Made by a program: the position numbers and the translations under genes. This document shows positions 31,492 through 42,637 of a stretch of DNA of 64,000 nucleotides, piece by piece. The DNA comes from an uncultured bacterium (lineage in GTDB: Bacteria > Bacillota_I > Bacilli_A > RF39 > UBA660). Under the pieces are notes generated by a model, which was not told the DNA's origin, made no database searches, and worked only from the letters and a program-made list of their open reading frames with translations. The stretch is from positions 2,383 to 66,382 of the forward strand of contig CASFKI010000054.1 of NCBI GenBank assembly GCA_949295285.1, in the 5' to 3' direction. The first letter of the stretch is position 1; every line of letters starts with the position of its first letter.

Positions 31492-32235
31492 TTAAATGTC
31501 AAAAATTGAAAGTGCATTTTGATTAGTTATTTTTATTATTTCTTTATCACTTACCCCTGTAATGTATGACAATTTTTCAACAATATATTTAATATTAGCA
31601 GATGTATTTATTTTTCCTCTTAGTGGTTCTGGTGATAAATATGGACTATCCGTTTCTAATACAACATTATCAATTCTTATTTTTTCAATTACTTGATATA
31701 ACTTTGAATTTTTAAAAGTTAAAACCCCGCCAACACCTAATTTATACCCTAAATCTATAAAATTTTTTGCCATTTCATAGCTACCAGTAAAACAATGAAT
31801 TATTCCCTTTAATTTTCTGTGTTTCAATATTTCGTAGCATTCTCCCATACTTTCTCTAATATGAATGATCACAGGCAAATTATATTTTTCAGCTAATTCT
31901 AATTGTTTTATAAACAATTTTTTTTGTTCCTCTTTATTTTCTTTATTCCAATAATAATCTAATCCAATTTCTCCAATTGCAATAATTTTATTTTCTTTTA
32001 TTAAATTTTCTAATTTATCTATATCATAAAAATCATTAATATTTTCTGGATGTATTCCAATTGCAGAATATAAAAAATTTTTATATTTTTTTGACAAATT
32101 TAAAACTTCTTCAATATCTTTAAACCCAGTAGAACAATTAATAACTTTATTTACATTATTTTTTTTCAAAAATTCTATTAAAGTATCAATATCATCATAA
32201 TATTCACTAAGTATATGAGCATGTGTATCTATCAT
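31492..32235 (-). CDS. tatD: TatD family hydrolase
   Basis: MIDTHAHI N-terminus, 247 aa, conserved His/Asp/Glu pattern. Confidence 0.85.
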   Translation of the reverse strand: MIDTHAHILSEYYDDIDTLIEFLKKNNVNKVINCSTGFKDIEEVLNLSKKYKNFLYSAIGIHPENINDFYDIDKLENLIKENKIIAIGEIGLDYYWNKENKEEQKKLFIKQLELAEKYNLPVIIHIRESMGECYEILKHRKLKGIIHCFTGSYEMAKNFIDLGYKLGVGGVLTFKNSKLYQVIEKIRIDNVVLETDSPYLSPEPLRGKINTSANIKYIVEKLSYITGVSDKEIIKITNQNALSIFDI

Positions 32236-32428
32236 AATTATTTTAAATCAATTTATTTAACTGATAACTCCTTTATTAATAATATTTTACAATAATATAC
32301 CTTATTTTAAAATTTTTTTCAACTACTTATCATATTATCTCATAATTGCAACTAACATTATATTAGTTATAATTTTTATTAATATATTATCACCAATTTT
32401 TTTAAAAAAAGAATAAACTTTCGTTTAT

Positions 32429-32935
32429 TCAATTTAATATGTTAGATTTAATTATATTTATAATAATTTTAGAAGTATTTATTAAATTATCTATTTTATC
32501 TTTTCCTACTACTATAATTGCCCCTAATAGATCACTATTTAAAACTATAGGATTTATAACATACTTTCCAGCATCCTCAATATTTAATAATACTTCGTTT
32601 TTTATATCACTATCACTTATAAAAATTTTTCTTTCTCTTATAATATTTATAATTTTATTATTTAGCGTTTCTTTATTATTTAATACTTTATTATTTATAA
32701 CAACATATATTTTATAATTTAGTACTTGAGAAAAACATTCAGTTATTTTTAGCAATTCTTCTTCATAATTTTTTAATTTAGAATATTTCTCTAATATTAT
32801 TTTATTATCATTTAATATAATTTGAAAGTCATCACCACTATTTATGTTCATACTTTTTCTTAGTTCTTTTGGTAACACTATCCTTCCAAGGTCATCAATT
32901 TTCCTAACTATACCTGTATTATTCAATGAAATCAC
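32429..32935 (-). CDS. spoVT: stage V sporulation protein T-like regulator (AbrB-type N-domain plus GAF-like C-domain)
   Basis: TGIVRKIDDLGRIVLPKELRKSM matches the SpoVT/AbrB swapped-hairpin domain; C-terminal NPIVLNSDLLGAIIVVGKD matches SpoVT GPIVANGDPIGAVVIFSKD; sits next to mfd as in Bacillus. Confidence 0.75.
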   Translation of the reverse strand: MISLNNTGIVRKIDDLGRIVLPKELRKSMNINSGDDFQIILNDNKIILEKYSKLKNYEEELLKITECFSQVLNYKIYVVINNKVLNNKETLNNKIINIIRERKIFISDSDIKNEVLLNIEDAGKYVINPIVLNSDLLGAIIVVGKDKIDNLINTSKIIINIIKSNILN

Positions 32936-32966
32936 CCTATATATATTTTGAATTATTTTATATATT

Positions 32967-35900
32967 TTATACTTTAATTTTCATATTATCTATTACTTCT
33001 AATAATTGTTCAATATAGTATATATAGTTCTTATCTAAACTTGCTTTTAATAATATTATAAGTATTGAATTATTTTTATATTGGAAATTAAATTTTCCAC
33101 TTATTTTAGTACTTTCATAGAACAAATTTTCAACATTCAAATCTTTATAAACATCATTCTTTATTTTTAATATTATTTTTAAATTATCATTTGTCACTAC
33201 TTGAATCATAGTTTTTGATAATAATTTTTCTAAATATTTTTCATGAGCATAAATTTCTAATGAATCATTTGTTATTCCAAATCTATCTTTTATTTCACTT
33301 AATACTTTATTTAATTCTAATTTGTTAGTAATATTATTAATTTTTTTATGTATTTCAATAATAATGCTGCTTTCATCAGAAAATTCTTTACCAATATGAG
33401 TAGAAACATTTATTGGCACAGATTCTTTTACTTCTTCTTCGTCAATATCTATGCCATTTATTTCTTCATTAATTAAATCTAAATACATATTAACACCAAC
33501 AGAGTCAATAAACCCTGCTTGCTCTTTTCCTAGTATATCACCTGCTCCTCTTATTGCTAAATCTCTCATAGAAATTTTATATCCACTTCCAAGCTCAGTA
33601 AATTCTTTTATTGCTTCTAATCTTTTTAAAGCTGTTCCTGTTAATATTTTTCTATACATTAAATAAGCATATGCAATCTTATCACTTCTACCAACTCTTC
33701 CTCTTATTTGATATAACTGACTTAATCCGAATTTATCACTATCTATGACAACAATTGTATTTGCATTAGGAATATCAATACCATTTTCAATTATAGTAGT
33801 ACTAATTAAAACATCATATTGTTTATTAGTAAAATCATATATGATATCTTGCATTTCATTTTTAGACATTTTTCCATGCGCATAACATATTCTTGCTTCC
33901 GGAATTAATTTTTTATATTTAGTAACTAATGCTTCCATATTAAAAATATTATTATATAAAATGAAAGCTTGTCCTTTTCTAGAAATTTCTTTTAATATCA
34001 CTTCTCTTAATAACATTTCATTATATTCAATTACATATGTTTGTACTGGATATCTATTTTTAGGAGCACTTTCAATTAAAGATAAATCTCTAATTCCTAC
34101 TAAAGACATTTGTAGTGATCTTGGTATTGGAGTAGCAGATACTGATAAAACATGTACGTTAGATTTTAATTTTTTTATTTTTTCTTTTTGTTCAACACCA
34201 AATCTATGCTCTTCATCAATCACTAATAATCCTAAATCTTTGAATTTAACATCATTACTAAGTAATCTATGTGTTCCAAATATCACATCTATTTTTCCAT
34301 CTTTTAAATTATTTAATTTAATTTTTATTTGTTTATTAGTAAAATGCCTATTCACTAAATCAATGTTAACTGCATAGTTTTTAAATCTATTAATAGCAGA
34401 ATCATATTGCTGATGAGAAAGTAATGTTGTTGGACATAAATAAGCAACTTGCTTCCCATTCATAATAGTTTTATATATGGCTCTAAAAATTACTTCCGTC
34501 TTCCCATAACCTACATCACCACATAATAACCTATCCATAGGTGTTGACCTTTCTAAATCTCTTTTTATTTCTATTATTGCTTTTAATTGATCAGGCGTTT
34601 CATCATATTCGAACTCTGATTCAAATAATAATTGACTTTCATCATCTTTTTCAAAAGGTTTAATTATTGCTTTATTTCTTTCTCTATATATATTTAATAA
34701 TTCTTGAGTTATATTTTTAATCCTATTTTTAATTTTTAATTTGGTTTTTGTCCATTCAATACTATTTAATTTATTAATAGTTGGTTTCACACCTTCTTTT
34801 GAAGAGTATTTGTATAATTTAGAAATATCTTCAACAGGTAAATATAATTTGTCATTACCTTTATATTGAATTAAAATATAATCTTTCTTGACTCTATTTT
34901 TATCAATAGTTGTAATTCCTTTATAAATACCAATACCTGACTTTCTATGTACAACATAATCCCCTATGTTTATACTATCTATTGACATTATTTTACTACC
35001 AAATGACAATTCTTTAGTTTTTTTAGAATTAAAATAATTATCATATAAATCAAATTCCGAGAAATAATAAATATTTTTATATACAAATCCGTGATTTAAG
35101 GTACAATTTATAATTTTAATACTTTCACTAACTTTTTTAACTTCTTCTATTAAAATTTTATTATTAGTACATAAATAACCATTATATTTTATAATATCTT
35201 TTATAAATTTATCTTTATTATGATCATATTTATCGATTGATTTTGCTTCTATATATAAATCATAATTATTATTATTTATTACATCTATAAAAATATCATC
35301 ATTTTTTACTAAATCACTTACTTTAAATATATTACTATTCATATTTAAATATTTAATTTGTGGTTTAAGTAATTCTTCTTGATAGATTAATTGTTCATAA
35401 TTTGTAAATAAAGTATATGAATTTTCTATATAATCTCTTATTGACGAATTATTATTATCAAAATCATCTTTAATAATACCAATTTCTATACTATTTATTT
35501 CTTTTATTGACCTTTGGATTAATGCATCAAAATATTTTATATGTTCAATTTCGTTATCAAAGAATTCAATTCTAATTGGATTTTCTTCTTTTATAGGAAA
35601 AACATCTATAACAAACCCTCTAATAGCAAAATCAGATATATCATAAACAATGCTTTTTCTTTTATAACCATTTTTAATTAATTTATTTATTAATTCATCT
35701 CTATTAACTTTATCTCCTACTTTTAAATCGATTTTACTATTTTTAAATATATCTTTATTTGGTAATTTTTTAATAAAACTATTTAGATGAACAATTACTA
35801 TTTTGTTATTATTATCATTTAAATTATTTAAAAGATTAGCTCTCATAAATAGTAATTCTGGTGAAGAAGCAACTGCATTTTTCATTATTAGATCGTCTTC

Positions 35901-36125
35901 TGGAAATAAATAAATATTTTCAATATAATTTTTTAATTCATTATATGCATTAGTTGCTTCATTTAATGTAGGATAAACTAATAATAAATTTTTATTACAC
36001 TTAAAAAATATATATAATATAAATTGATTATATATTTCATTTTTATTTATTGATATTTTTTTATAATTATTAATATCAAAATCAAATATTTTAAAGCATA
36101 ATTTATCATTCATTACTCTTACCAT
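32967..36125 (-). CDS. mfd: transcription-repair coupling factor Mfd
   Basis: 1052 aa; superfamily-2 helicase motifs LLCGDVGYGKTEV, DEEHRFGV, TATPIPR; order pth-mfd-spoVT. Confidence 0.92.
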   Translation of the reverse strand: MVRVMNDKLCFKIFDFDINNYKKISINKNEIYNQFILYIFFKCNKNLLLVYPTLNEATNAYNELKNYIENIYLFPEDDLIMKNAVASSPELLFMRANLLNNLNDNNNKIVIVHLNSFIKKLPNKDIFKNSKIDLKVGDKVNRDELINKLIKNGYKRKSIVYDISDFAIRGFVIDVFPIKEENPIRIEFFDNEIEHIKYFDALIQRSIKEINSIEIGIIKDDFDNNNSSIRDYIENSYTLFTNYEQLIYQEELLKPQIKYLNMNSNIFKVSDLVKNDDIFIDVINNNNYDLYIEAKSIDKYDHNKDKFIKDIIKYNGYLCTNNKILIEEVKKVSESIKIINCTLNHGFVYKNIYYFSEFDLYDNYFNSKKTKELSFGSKIMSIDSINIGDYVVHRKSGIGIYKGITTIDKNRVKKDYILIQYKGNDKLYLPVEDISKLYKYSSKEGVKPTINKLNSIEWTKTKLKIKNRIKNITQELLNIYRERNKAIIKPFEKDDESQLLFESEFEYDETPDQLKAIIEIKRDLERSTPMDRLLCGDVGYGKTEVIFRAIYKTIMNGKQVAYLCPTTLLSHQQYDSAINRFKNYAVNIDLVNRHFTNKQIKIKLNNLKDGKIDVIFGTHRLLSNDVKFKDLGLLVIDEEHRFGVEQKEKIKKLKSNVHVLSVSATPIPRSLQMSLVGIRDLSLIESAPKNRYPVQTYVIEYNEMLLREVILKEISRKGQAFILYNNIFNMEALVTKYKKLIPEARICYAHGKMSKNEMQDIIYDFTNKQYDVLISTTIIENGIDIPNANTIVVIDSDKFGLSQLYQIRGRVGRSDKIAYAYLMYRKILTGTALKRLEAIKEFTELGSGYKISMRDLAIRGAGDILGKEQAGFIDSVGVNMYLDLINEEINGIDIDEEEVKESVPINVSTHIGKEFSDESSIIIEIHKKINNITNKLELNKVLSEIKDRFGITNDSLEIYAHEKYLEKLLSKTMIQVVTNDNLKIILKIKNDVYKDLNVENLFYESTKISGKFNFQYKNNSILIILLKASLDKNYIYYIEQLLEVIDNMKIKV

Positions 36126-36669
36126 TATATTTTTGCATTAATTCGTCTATATTCATTAAAGAAAAATCTTCTATTATATTTGCTACTTTATTAAAAATAA
36201 TATTTAATTTTTCATTTTCTTCACTAGTAAATTTGCTTAAAACATAATCAATTAAAGGTATTTTATTTTTAGATATTCCTATTTTTATTCTACTTATATT
36301 TTCACTTTTTAATAAATTTAATATATTTTCTAATCCTTTATGACCATTGGAAGTCCCACCTCTTTTAATTTTAAAATTTCCTACTTCAAAATCTATATCA
36401 TCATATATAATTAATATATTGGTTAATTCTATATTATAATATTTTACAAATTTTGATACACATTCTCCTGATAAATTCATAAAAGTTTGAGGTTTTAATA
36501 AAATTATTTTTTCATTATTTATTATTATTTCACTATATTCACCGTCGAATTTATTTTTGAATTTTAATTGATTTTTAGTAGCATAAAAATCAATTGCTCT
36601 AAATCCACAATTGTGCCTAGTATTAATATAATTTTTTCCAGGATTTCCAAGCCCTACGATTAATTTCAT
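36106..36669 (-). CDS. pth: peptidyl-tRNA hydrolase
   Basis: MKLIVGLGNPGKNY...HNCGF. Confidence 0.9.
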   Translation of the reverse strand: MKLIVGLGNPGKNYINTRHNCGFRAIDFYATKNQLKFKNKFDGEYSEIIINNEKIILLKPQTFMNLSGECVSKFVKYYNIELTNILIIYDDIDFEVGNFKIKRGGTSNGHKGLENILNLLKSENISRIKIGISKNKIPLIDYVLSKFTSEENEKLNIIFNKVANIIEDFSLMNIDELMQKYNGKSNE

Positions 36670-36680
36670 AATATTCCTTT

Positions 36681-37517
36681 CTATTTAAATTCATTATATA
36701 ATTTATTTTTACTTACATTATATTTATCAGCTATCTCTTTAATGGCATCTCTTTTTGAATAGCCAGACTTTATTAATTCATTTATTAAATTATTATAATC
36801 ATTTATTATTTCTTTTTTACTTTCTTTATATCCATCAACAACAATTACAATTTCTCCTTTTACATTTTCTATATTTTCGATAATATTTTTAATATGATCC
36901 CTAATAATTTCTTCGTGTAATTTAGAAATTTCTCTGACAATGGCTATCTTTCTATTGCCAAAAACTTCTAACATAAGATTTAATGTATCTGCTAATCTAT
37001 ACATAGATTCATAAAATATCATAGTTTGTTTTACCTCTTTTAAATTTATTAATTCTTTTTTTGCTTGTGTTTTTTTACTATTTAAAAATCCATAAAATAA
37101 AAATCTTTGATTACTTAATCCAGACATATTAATAGCTGGTAATAAAGCATTAGGCCCTGGTAAAGAAATTACATTTATATTATTTTCAATTGCATAATCA
37201 ACAACTATATTTCCGGGATCACTAATTAAAGGACATCCTCTATCAGCTAAATAAGCTATATTCTTTCCTAATTTTAACAAATTTATTATTTTATTTCTAT
37301 GAGTCATTTCAGTGTATTTATGGCAGCTTTCTACTTTTTTATTTATATTTAATATTTTCAATAATTTTAAAGTTTCTCTACTATCTTCTGCATAAATAAT
37401 ATCACATTCATTAAGAACTTTAATTGCTCTTAATGTTATATCATCTAAATTACCAATAGGCGTTGGAACTAAATATAAATTGCCAAATTTACTTTTTTCA
37501 TAACTTTTTTGTATCAT
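36681..37517 (-). CDS. rsmI: 16S rRNA (cytidine1402-2'-O)-methyltransferase RsmI
   Basis: LYLVPTPIGNLDDITLRAIKVL tetrapyrrole-methylase-like N-terminus. Confidence 0.85.
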   Translation of the reverse strand: MIQKSYEKSKFGNLYLVPTPIGNLDDITLRAIKVLNECDIIYAEDSRETLKLLKILNINKKVESCHKYTEMTHRNKIINLLKLGKNIAYLADRGCPLISDPGNIVVDYAIENNINVISLPGPNALLPAINMSGLSNQRFLFYGFLNSKKTQAKKELINLKEVKQTMIFYESMYRLADTLNLMLEVFGNRKIAIVREISKLHEEIIRDHIKNIIENIENVKGEIVIVVDGYKESKKEIINDYNNLINELIKSGYSKRDAIKEIADKYNVSKNKLYNEFK

Positions 37518-38269
37518 TTTATTCCTTCTTCTAATTTTCCAAATATTTTTAATATTTCATCTGTATATTCTCCATTATCTTTATGAACATATAATGGTGG
37601 TAATATTTTAATGCCTGGTTTTCCGTTTTTACGACCATCTACTAAAATCAGATTAGATTCACTATTTATTTTTGGATAAATAAATCTAATTCTTTTTGGT
37701 TCTATATTATTTTCTTTCATTAATTTTATAATTTCAATCAATCTTTCTGTCCTATGAACAAAACAAACCGAGCCTCCGTTTTTTAATAGTTTTTTTGATA
37801 TTTTAAATAAATCATAAAGTTTAAATGTAATTTCATGTCTTGCTTTTGATTTAACATCATTATTATTAATTATACTTTCACTCTCATATTTAAAATAAGG
37901 AGGATTACATGTTATTAAATCAACTGAGTCAGTTTGAAATTCTTTAGCAAAATTATTGATGTCATCATTTATTATTTTAATTTCATTATCTAAATTATTA
38001 ATTTTAATTGATTTACATGCTAAGTCATAAACTTCTTTTTGTATTTCAATTCCAATTATATTAGCACTAGTTTTTTGCGATAATATCAAAGGTATTGGAG
38101 CATTACCAGTACATAAATCAACAATTAATTTTGTTCTAGGTAATATATTAGCAAAGTTAGGTAAAAGTACACTATCTAAACTAAAATTAAAATAATCAGT
38201 ATTTTGCACTATTTTTAAATTATTATAATACAATAAATTATTTATTACTTCTTTGTCTACTTTTTTCAT
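37514..38269 (-). CDS. SAM-dependent N6-adenine methyltransferase (tRNA m6A37 / YabB-like)
   Basis: LITCNPPYF motif; 251 aa; position next to rsmI and yaaT. Confidence 0.7.
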   Translation of the reverse strand: MKKVDKEVINNLLYYNNLKIVQNTDYFNFSLDSVLLPNFANILPRTKLIVDLCTGNAPIPLILSQKTSANIIGIEIQKEVYDLACKSIKINNLDNEIKIINDDINNFAKEFQTDSVDLITCNPPYFKYESESIINNNDVKSKARHEITFKLYDLFKISKKLLKNGGSVCFVHRTERLIEIIKLMKENNIEPKRIRFIYPKINSESNLILVDGRKNGKPGIKILPPLYVHKDNGEYTDEILKIFGKLEEGIK

Positions 38270-39044
38270 TTTTTTCAGTTACATCCACTTCTACTTTTGT
38301 ACTATCTTCATCTATAATAGCAATATATTTTTGCCTTGGAATATCTAAAGAAATAACTTTAGCCTCTTTATTATTTATTTTCACTGTATCACCAACTTCA
38401 GGTAAATTTTTTCTAAATACAGTATATAAATCATCTTCATATTTCAAACAACATAATAATCTACCACATAATCCATTTATTTTCATAGGATTTAATGCTA
38501 AATTTTGATTTTTTACTTGTGCTATTGCAACTGAATCTAAATCATTTAAAAATAATGAACAACATAATTTTCTACCACAAGTTCCTATTCCAGAAATTTC
38601 TTTTGCTTTATCTCTAACACCAACCTGTCTTAATTCAATTCTTGTTTTGTATATTGAAGCAAGGGATTTAGCTAATTCTCTAAAATCCACTCTATTATCT
38701 GCTAAAAATTGAAAAACTAATTGTTTTCTATCAAATGTATAATATGCGTCTAAAAATTTCATGTCTAATTTTAAATTATCAGCAATTTCTTGTGCTTTAA
38801 TTATTGATTTAGAAGCTTCCTTAACATTCATGTTGTATTGTTTAATATCATCTTTATTTGCTACTTTATGAACTTTACTATGCTCTTTATCATCAGATTT
38901 ATCATATTTAGCACAAACAGTACCAAATTGTAAACCTCTTTCCGTTTCTACAACAACATGATCTCCAATTGATAACTCTAAATCGTTGTCAAAAAATATA
39001 TATTGTTTTCCACCTTTTTTAAATTCCACACCTATTGTTTTCAT
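38238..39044 (-). CDS. ricT: PSP1-domain protein RicT/YaaT
   Basis: Cys cluster GTCGRKLCCSLF...GLCGRLLCCLKYE typical of YaaT. Confidence 0.8.
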   Translation of the reverse strand: MKTIGVEFKKGGKQYIFFDNDLELSIGDHVVVETERGLQFGTVCAKYDKSDDKEHSKVHKVANKDDIKQYNMNVKEASKSIIKAQEIADNLKLDMKFLDAYYTFDRKQLVFQFLADNRVDFRELAKSLASIYKTRIELRQVGVRDKAKEISGIGTCGRKLCCSLFLNDLDSVAIAQVKNQNLALNPMKINGLCGRLLCCLKYEDDLYTVFRKNLPEVGDTVKINNKEAKVISLDIPRQKYIAIIDEDSTKVEVDVTEKNEKSRQRSNK

Positions 39045-39841
39045 AAATTACATCTTCCCATTTCTATAATAATTCTATCAATTGAAATATTCTTATTTAA
39101 ATTTCCTTTTAAATTATTTAAATTATTATTAATTATTAATATTTTTTTCATTAATGAATTTAAATCATTATTATTTAATAAAATATTAACGATTTTTCCA
39201 TCATTTACTAAATTATTTAGTTCCTCATTGTATATATAAAACATGTTTTTTAAAATACTAATTAACTTATTTTTATCTTCAATTAATTTATATATTTTAG
39301 AATTAATTGAAATAGCATTTATTCCATTTTTTTCTATTGATTCAATAATATAATTAGTTACATCTATAAATTCATCTTCATATTCGTAACTATATGAAGA
39401 TGATATTAATATTTTTTGACACCTACTTGAAATTGTAGGTTTTACGGAATCTATATTTGTCGATATTAAGAATGCATATATATTATCAGAAGGTTCTTCC
39501 AATGTTTTTAATATTGAATTATATGAAAATTCACTTAAATTTTCACATTTATCAATTACATATATCTTAGCACTATCAAACTGTGAAGTTGTAGAAAGTT
39601 TATTTAATAATTCTTTTATACTTTCTTTTTTTATTATACCATTTTTTTCTTCTATAAAATATACATTAGGATTATTTTCTACATTAGTTTTACTATTTAA
39701 TATAAATTTATTAAATATATCTAATAATTCATATTTTATACTATTCAAAGATACATTTCCTATTAAAAATGCGTGTGATAATTTATTTTCATTATATAAT
39801 TTTTCAAAATAATCATGTAAATTAGTCAAAGTTACCTCCAT
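39041..39841 (-). CDS. holB: DNA polymerase III delta-prime subunit HolB (divergent)
   Basis: SRC motif ISSRCQ; LKTLEEP; position between yaaT and recR. Confidence 0.7.
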   Translation of the reverse strand: MEVTLTNLHDYFEKLYNENKLSHAFLIGNVSLNSIKYELLDIFNKFILNSKTNVENNPNVYFIEEKNGIIKKESIKELLNKLSTTSQFDSAKIYVIDKCENLSEFSYNSILKTLEEPSDNIYAFLISTNIDSVKPTISSRCQKILISSSYSYEYEDEFIDVTNYIIESIEKNGINAISINSKIYKLIEDKNKLISILKNMFYIYNEELNNLVNDGKIVNILLNNNDLNSLMKKILIINNNLNNLKGNLNKNISIDRIIIEMGRCNL

Positions 39842-39859
39842 AAAACTTAAAATAAAAAT

Positions 39860-40030
39860 TAATAAAAGTATTTCAAATATATTATAGCTAATATTCCAAA
39901 AAAGTCAAAAATGTAAACTATAATTATTGTATAAATATTAATTGGAACTATTTTTCCAACTGAACTTAGTATTAAATTTAATGTATATAATAAACATAAA
40001 GTATAAACTAATTTTTTAACTATGTACATA
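39860..40030 (-). CDS. bofA: small membrane protein, BofA-like (pro-sigma-K processing inhibitor family); below the ORF-track length cutoff
   Basis: 56 aa MYIVKKLVYTLCLLYTLNLILSSVGKIVPINIYTIIIVYIFDFFGILAIIYLKYFY; VPIN motif as in B. subtilis BofA (GIHVPINLVT); RBS GAGGGA; follows recR as bofA does in Bacillus. Confidence 0.5.
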
Positions 40031-40032
40031 AA

Positions 40033-40064
40033 AAATCCCTCATAATAAATTATGAGAGTTATTT
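40033..40064 (-). terminator. hairpin terminator or attenuator between recR and the bofA-like ORF
   Basis: CTCATAAT-t-ATTATGAG palindrome followed by GGGATTTTTT. Confidence 0.45.
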
Positions 40065-40661
40065 TTATGATATTACTTTTCTATCATCTAGTGCTTTGGT
40101 TATCATGAGTGGATCCAAATATTCAATTTCACTACCCATAGGTATACCATAAGATAGTCTTGATATTTTAACATTATATTTTTTTAATATTTTTTGAAGA
40201 TATAAAGAAGTAATTTCTCCTTCGATTGATGGATTTAAAGCAATTATCACTTCTTCTATATTATCATCAATTCTTTTAAGTAAAGAAGTCATATTTAAAT
40301 CTTCTGGATTTATACCATCAATTGGTGAAATTAAACCATTTAAAACATGATAATAGCCATTATATTTTTTTGTTTTATCAATGAAAAAAACATTTTTAGA
40401 GTCTTCTACTACACACAATATTTTTTTATTTCTATCATTATCAGAGCATACATCACATATATTTTTATCTGTTATACATCCACACTTTTCACAATTTTTA
40501 ATATTTTTTTTAAAACTAATAATAGAATCGACTAATTTTTTTACTTCATCTTCATCTTCTTTATATAAAGCATATGCATATCTTTCAGCTGTTTTTTCGC
40601 CCACTCCTGGTAAAATTGATAAATTATTAACTAAATCAATAAAACATTTTGGCAAAGCCAT
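40065..40661 (-). CDS. recR: recombination protein RecR
   Basis: LPGVGEKTAERYAY helix-hairpin-helix, C4 zinc finger CEKCGC...CDVC, Toprim. Confidence 0.92.
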   Translation of the reverse strand: MALPKCFIDLVNNLSILPGVGEKTAERYAYALYKEDEDEVKKLVDSIISFKKNIKNCEKCGCITDKNICDVCSDNDRNKKILCVVEDSKNVFFIDKTKKYNGYYHVLNGLISPIDGINPEDLNMTSLLKRIDDNIEEVIIALNPSIEGEITSLYLQKILKKYNVKISRLSYGIPMGSEIEYLDPLMITKALDDRKVIS

Positions 40662-40663
40662 AA

Positions 40664-40957
40664 TTATAAAAGGCCTCCTAAACCATTAGTATACTTTCCT
40701 AATTTATTATTTTTTTCATTTTTTATTTGAGTTAAAACATTATTTATTGCTACTAAAAGTATATCATTTAACATTTCAACATCTTCTAATATGTCCTTAT
40801 TTTTTATTTCAATATTTTTTATTTTATTACTACCATAAGCTTCTATTAAAATATTTTCATTCTCATACTTAAAAATAGTACTTTCTATTTCATTAGTAGT
40901 TTTTTCTAATTGTGATTGTAATTTTTTAGCTTGTGCCATCATTGCTTGTATATTCAT
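40664..40957 (-). CDS. ybaB: nucleoid-associated protein YbaB/EbfC
   Basis: MNIQAMMAQAKKLQSQLEKTTNEIE...; 97 aa; between dnaX and recR. Confidence 0.85.
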   Translation of the reverse strand: MNIQAMMAQAKKLQSQLEKTTNEIESTIFKYENENILIEAYGSNKIKNIEIKNKDILEDVEMLNDILLVAINNVLTQIKNEKNNKLGKYTNGLGGLL

Positions 40958-40966
40958 AAATCTCCT

Positions 40967-42595
40967 TTAAATAGTAGTATAATCACTACCAAATATATTT
41001 TCAACGCTGCTTTGCAGTTCAGTATTTTTTGTATTTATATTTTTTGTTTTCTTTTCTTTCATATATTCATACTTAATTCCAGCTTTTATATTTTCTATAT
41101 ATTTTTTCTTAATGCTAATCCACTCTTCTTCACTAACTGCAATAACAGTATATTTTTTATTATACAACATTTTTAAAAATTTTTCTATATTATCTATATT
41201 TTTATTAAATAATAAAACTTCAAAATTATTTTTAAAAGTAAATAATATATTAGTTTCTCCAACAACTTCTGGTATTGCCTTAATTAATAAATTGCATATA
41301 GCATTATATTCTTTGTTTGAAAGATATTCATTAATATTTTTATATTTATTAATAAATTCTTTTTTTAATTCTTTATTAGCACTATATAAAGCATTATTAA
41401 TATTTATTTTTTTTATTTCTTCAATTTCACATATGTAATCGTCACTGTTATTTTTTATAGATTTATTTAATTTTTTTTCTCTTATATTATTATTAGTTGA
41501 ATCAAATAAAACATTTGTTTGTGTTTTTTTATTAAATAACAATGCCATTTTTAAAAAATATATTTCCAATAAGGTTTTAGAATTATTTGTTCTTTTCATT
41601 TCATATGATAATTCGAAAATTATAATGCATAAAGATAATAAATCATTTACATCAATTTTATTAAACTTCAATAATTCTTTTTCATATTTTTTTTCAAAAT
41701 AATTATTGGTTGTATTAAATATTAATATGTTTCTTAATAATAATTCAAGTTTATTAACAATATTATTAAAATTTTTACCTTCCTGTGAATATATATTTAT
41801 TTTATTTAATATTTCTTTAATATCAAAATTAACAATATTCATTAAAAGTTCAGATATTTCATTGTCATTTAATTCACCCAATAAATTATAAACTTGATCA
41901 ACTGTAATATTAATATTATTTAATGATAATATTTGATCCATTAAATTTATTGAGTCTCTTAGCCCACCATCACTTATTTTTGCAATTAAGTCAATTACAT
42001 CATCATTTAATTTTTTTTGCTCATTTTTTAAAATATATTTTAATCTATTAGATATGCTTTTTTCATCAATTTTTTTAAAGTCAAATTTTTGACACCTAGA
42101 TACAACAGTTATTGGTATTTTATTAAATTCTGTTGTTGCTAATATGAATATCACATAATTTGGAGGTTCTTCTAATGTTTTTAATAAAGCATTAAATGCA
42201 CTTGTTGATAACATATGAACTTCGTCAATAATATAAACTTTATATTTTAAATTAGAAGGCATATATTTCACATTATTTATTATTTCTCTTATTTCATCTA
42301 CTCCATTGTTGCTTGCTGCATCCATTTCTATTATATCTATTTCATCAGATGATTTTTTAGTACAATTTTCACATTTTTCACATACATCATCAACAAAATT
42401 TAAGCAATTAACAGCTTTTGCAAATATTTTAGCGACGGTAGTTTTACCAGTTCCCCTTGGTCCACTAAATATGTACGCATGACCAATTTTATTATTAATA
42501 ATAATATTTTTAATAATTTTAATAATTACATCTTGACCAACCACATCAGAAAATTTAGTTGGTCTATATTTTCTATATAAAGATATGTATGACAT
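40967..42595 (-). CDS. dnaX: DNA polymerase III subunit gamma/tau
   Basis: HAYIFSGPRGTGKTT Walker A, zinc module CEKCENC, DEVHMLS. Confidence 0.92.
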   Translation of the reverse strand: MSYISLYRKYRPTKFSDVVGQDVIIKIIKNIIINNKIGHAYIFSGPRGTGKTTVAKIFAKAVNCLNFVDDVCEKCENCTKKSSDEIDIIEMDAASNNGVDEIREIINNVKYMPSNLKYKVYIIDEVHMLSTSAFNALLKTLEEPPNYVIFILATTEFNKIPITVVSRCQKFDFKKIDEKSISNRLKYILKNEQKKLNDDVIDLIAKISDGGLRDSINLMDQILSLNNINITVDQVYNLLGELNDNEISELLMNIVNFDIKEILNKINIYSQEGKNFNNIVNKLELLLRNILIFNTTNNYFEKKYEKELLKFNKIDVNDLLSLCIIIFELSYEMKRTNNSKTLLEIYFLKMALLFNKKTQTNVLFDSTNNNIREKKLNKSIKNNSDDYICEIEEIKKININNALYSANKELKKEFINKYKNINEYLSNKEYNAICNLLIKAIPEVVGETNILFTFKNNFEVLLFNKNIDNIEKFLKMLYNKKYTVIAVSEEEWISIKKKYIENIKAGIKYEYMKEKKTKNINTKNTELQSSVENIFGSDYTTI

Positions 42596-42637
42596 AATTC
42601 CTCCTAATTAAATTATAACAAAATTATTATTTTTTAA

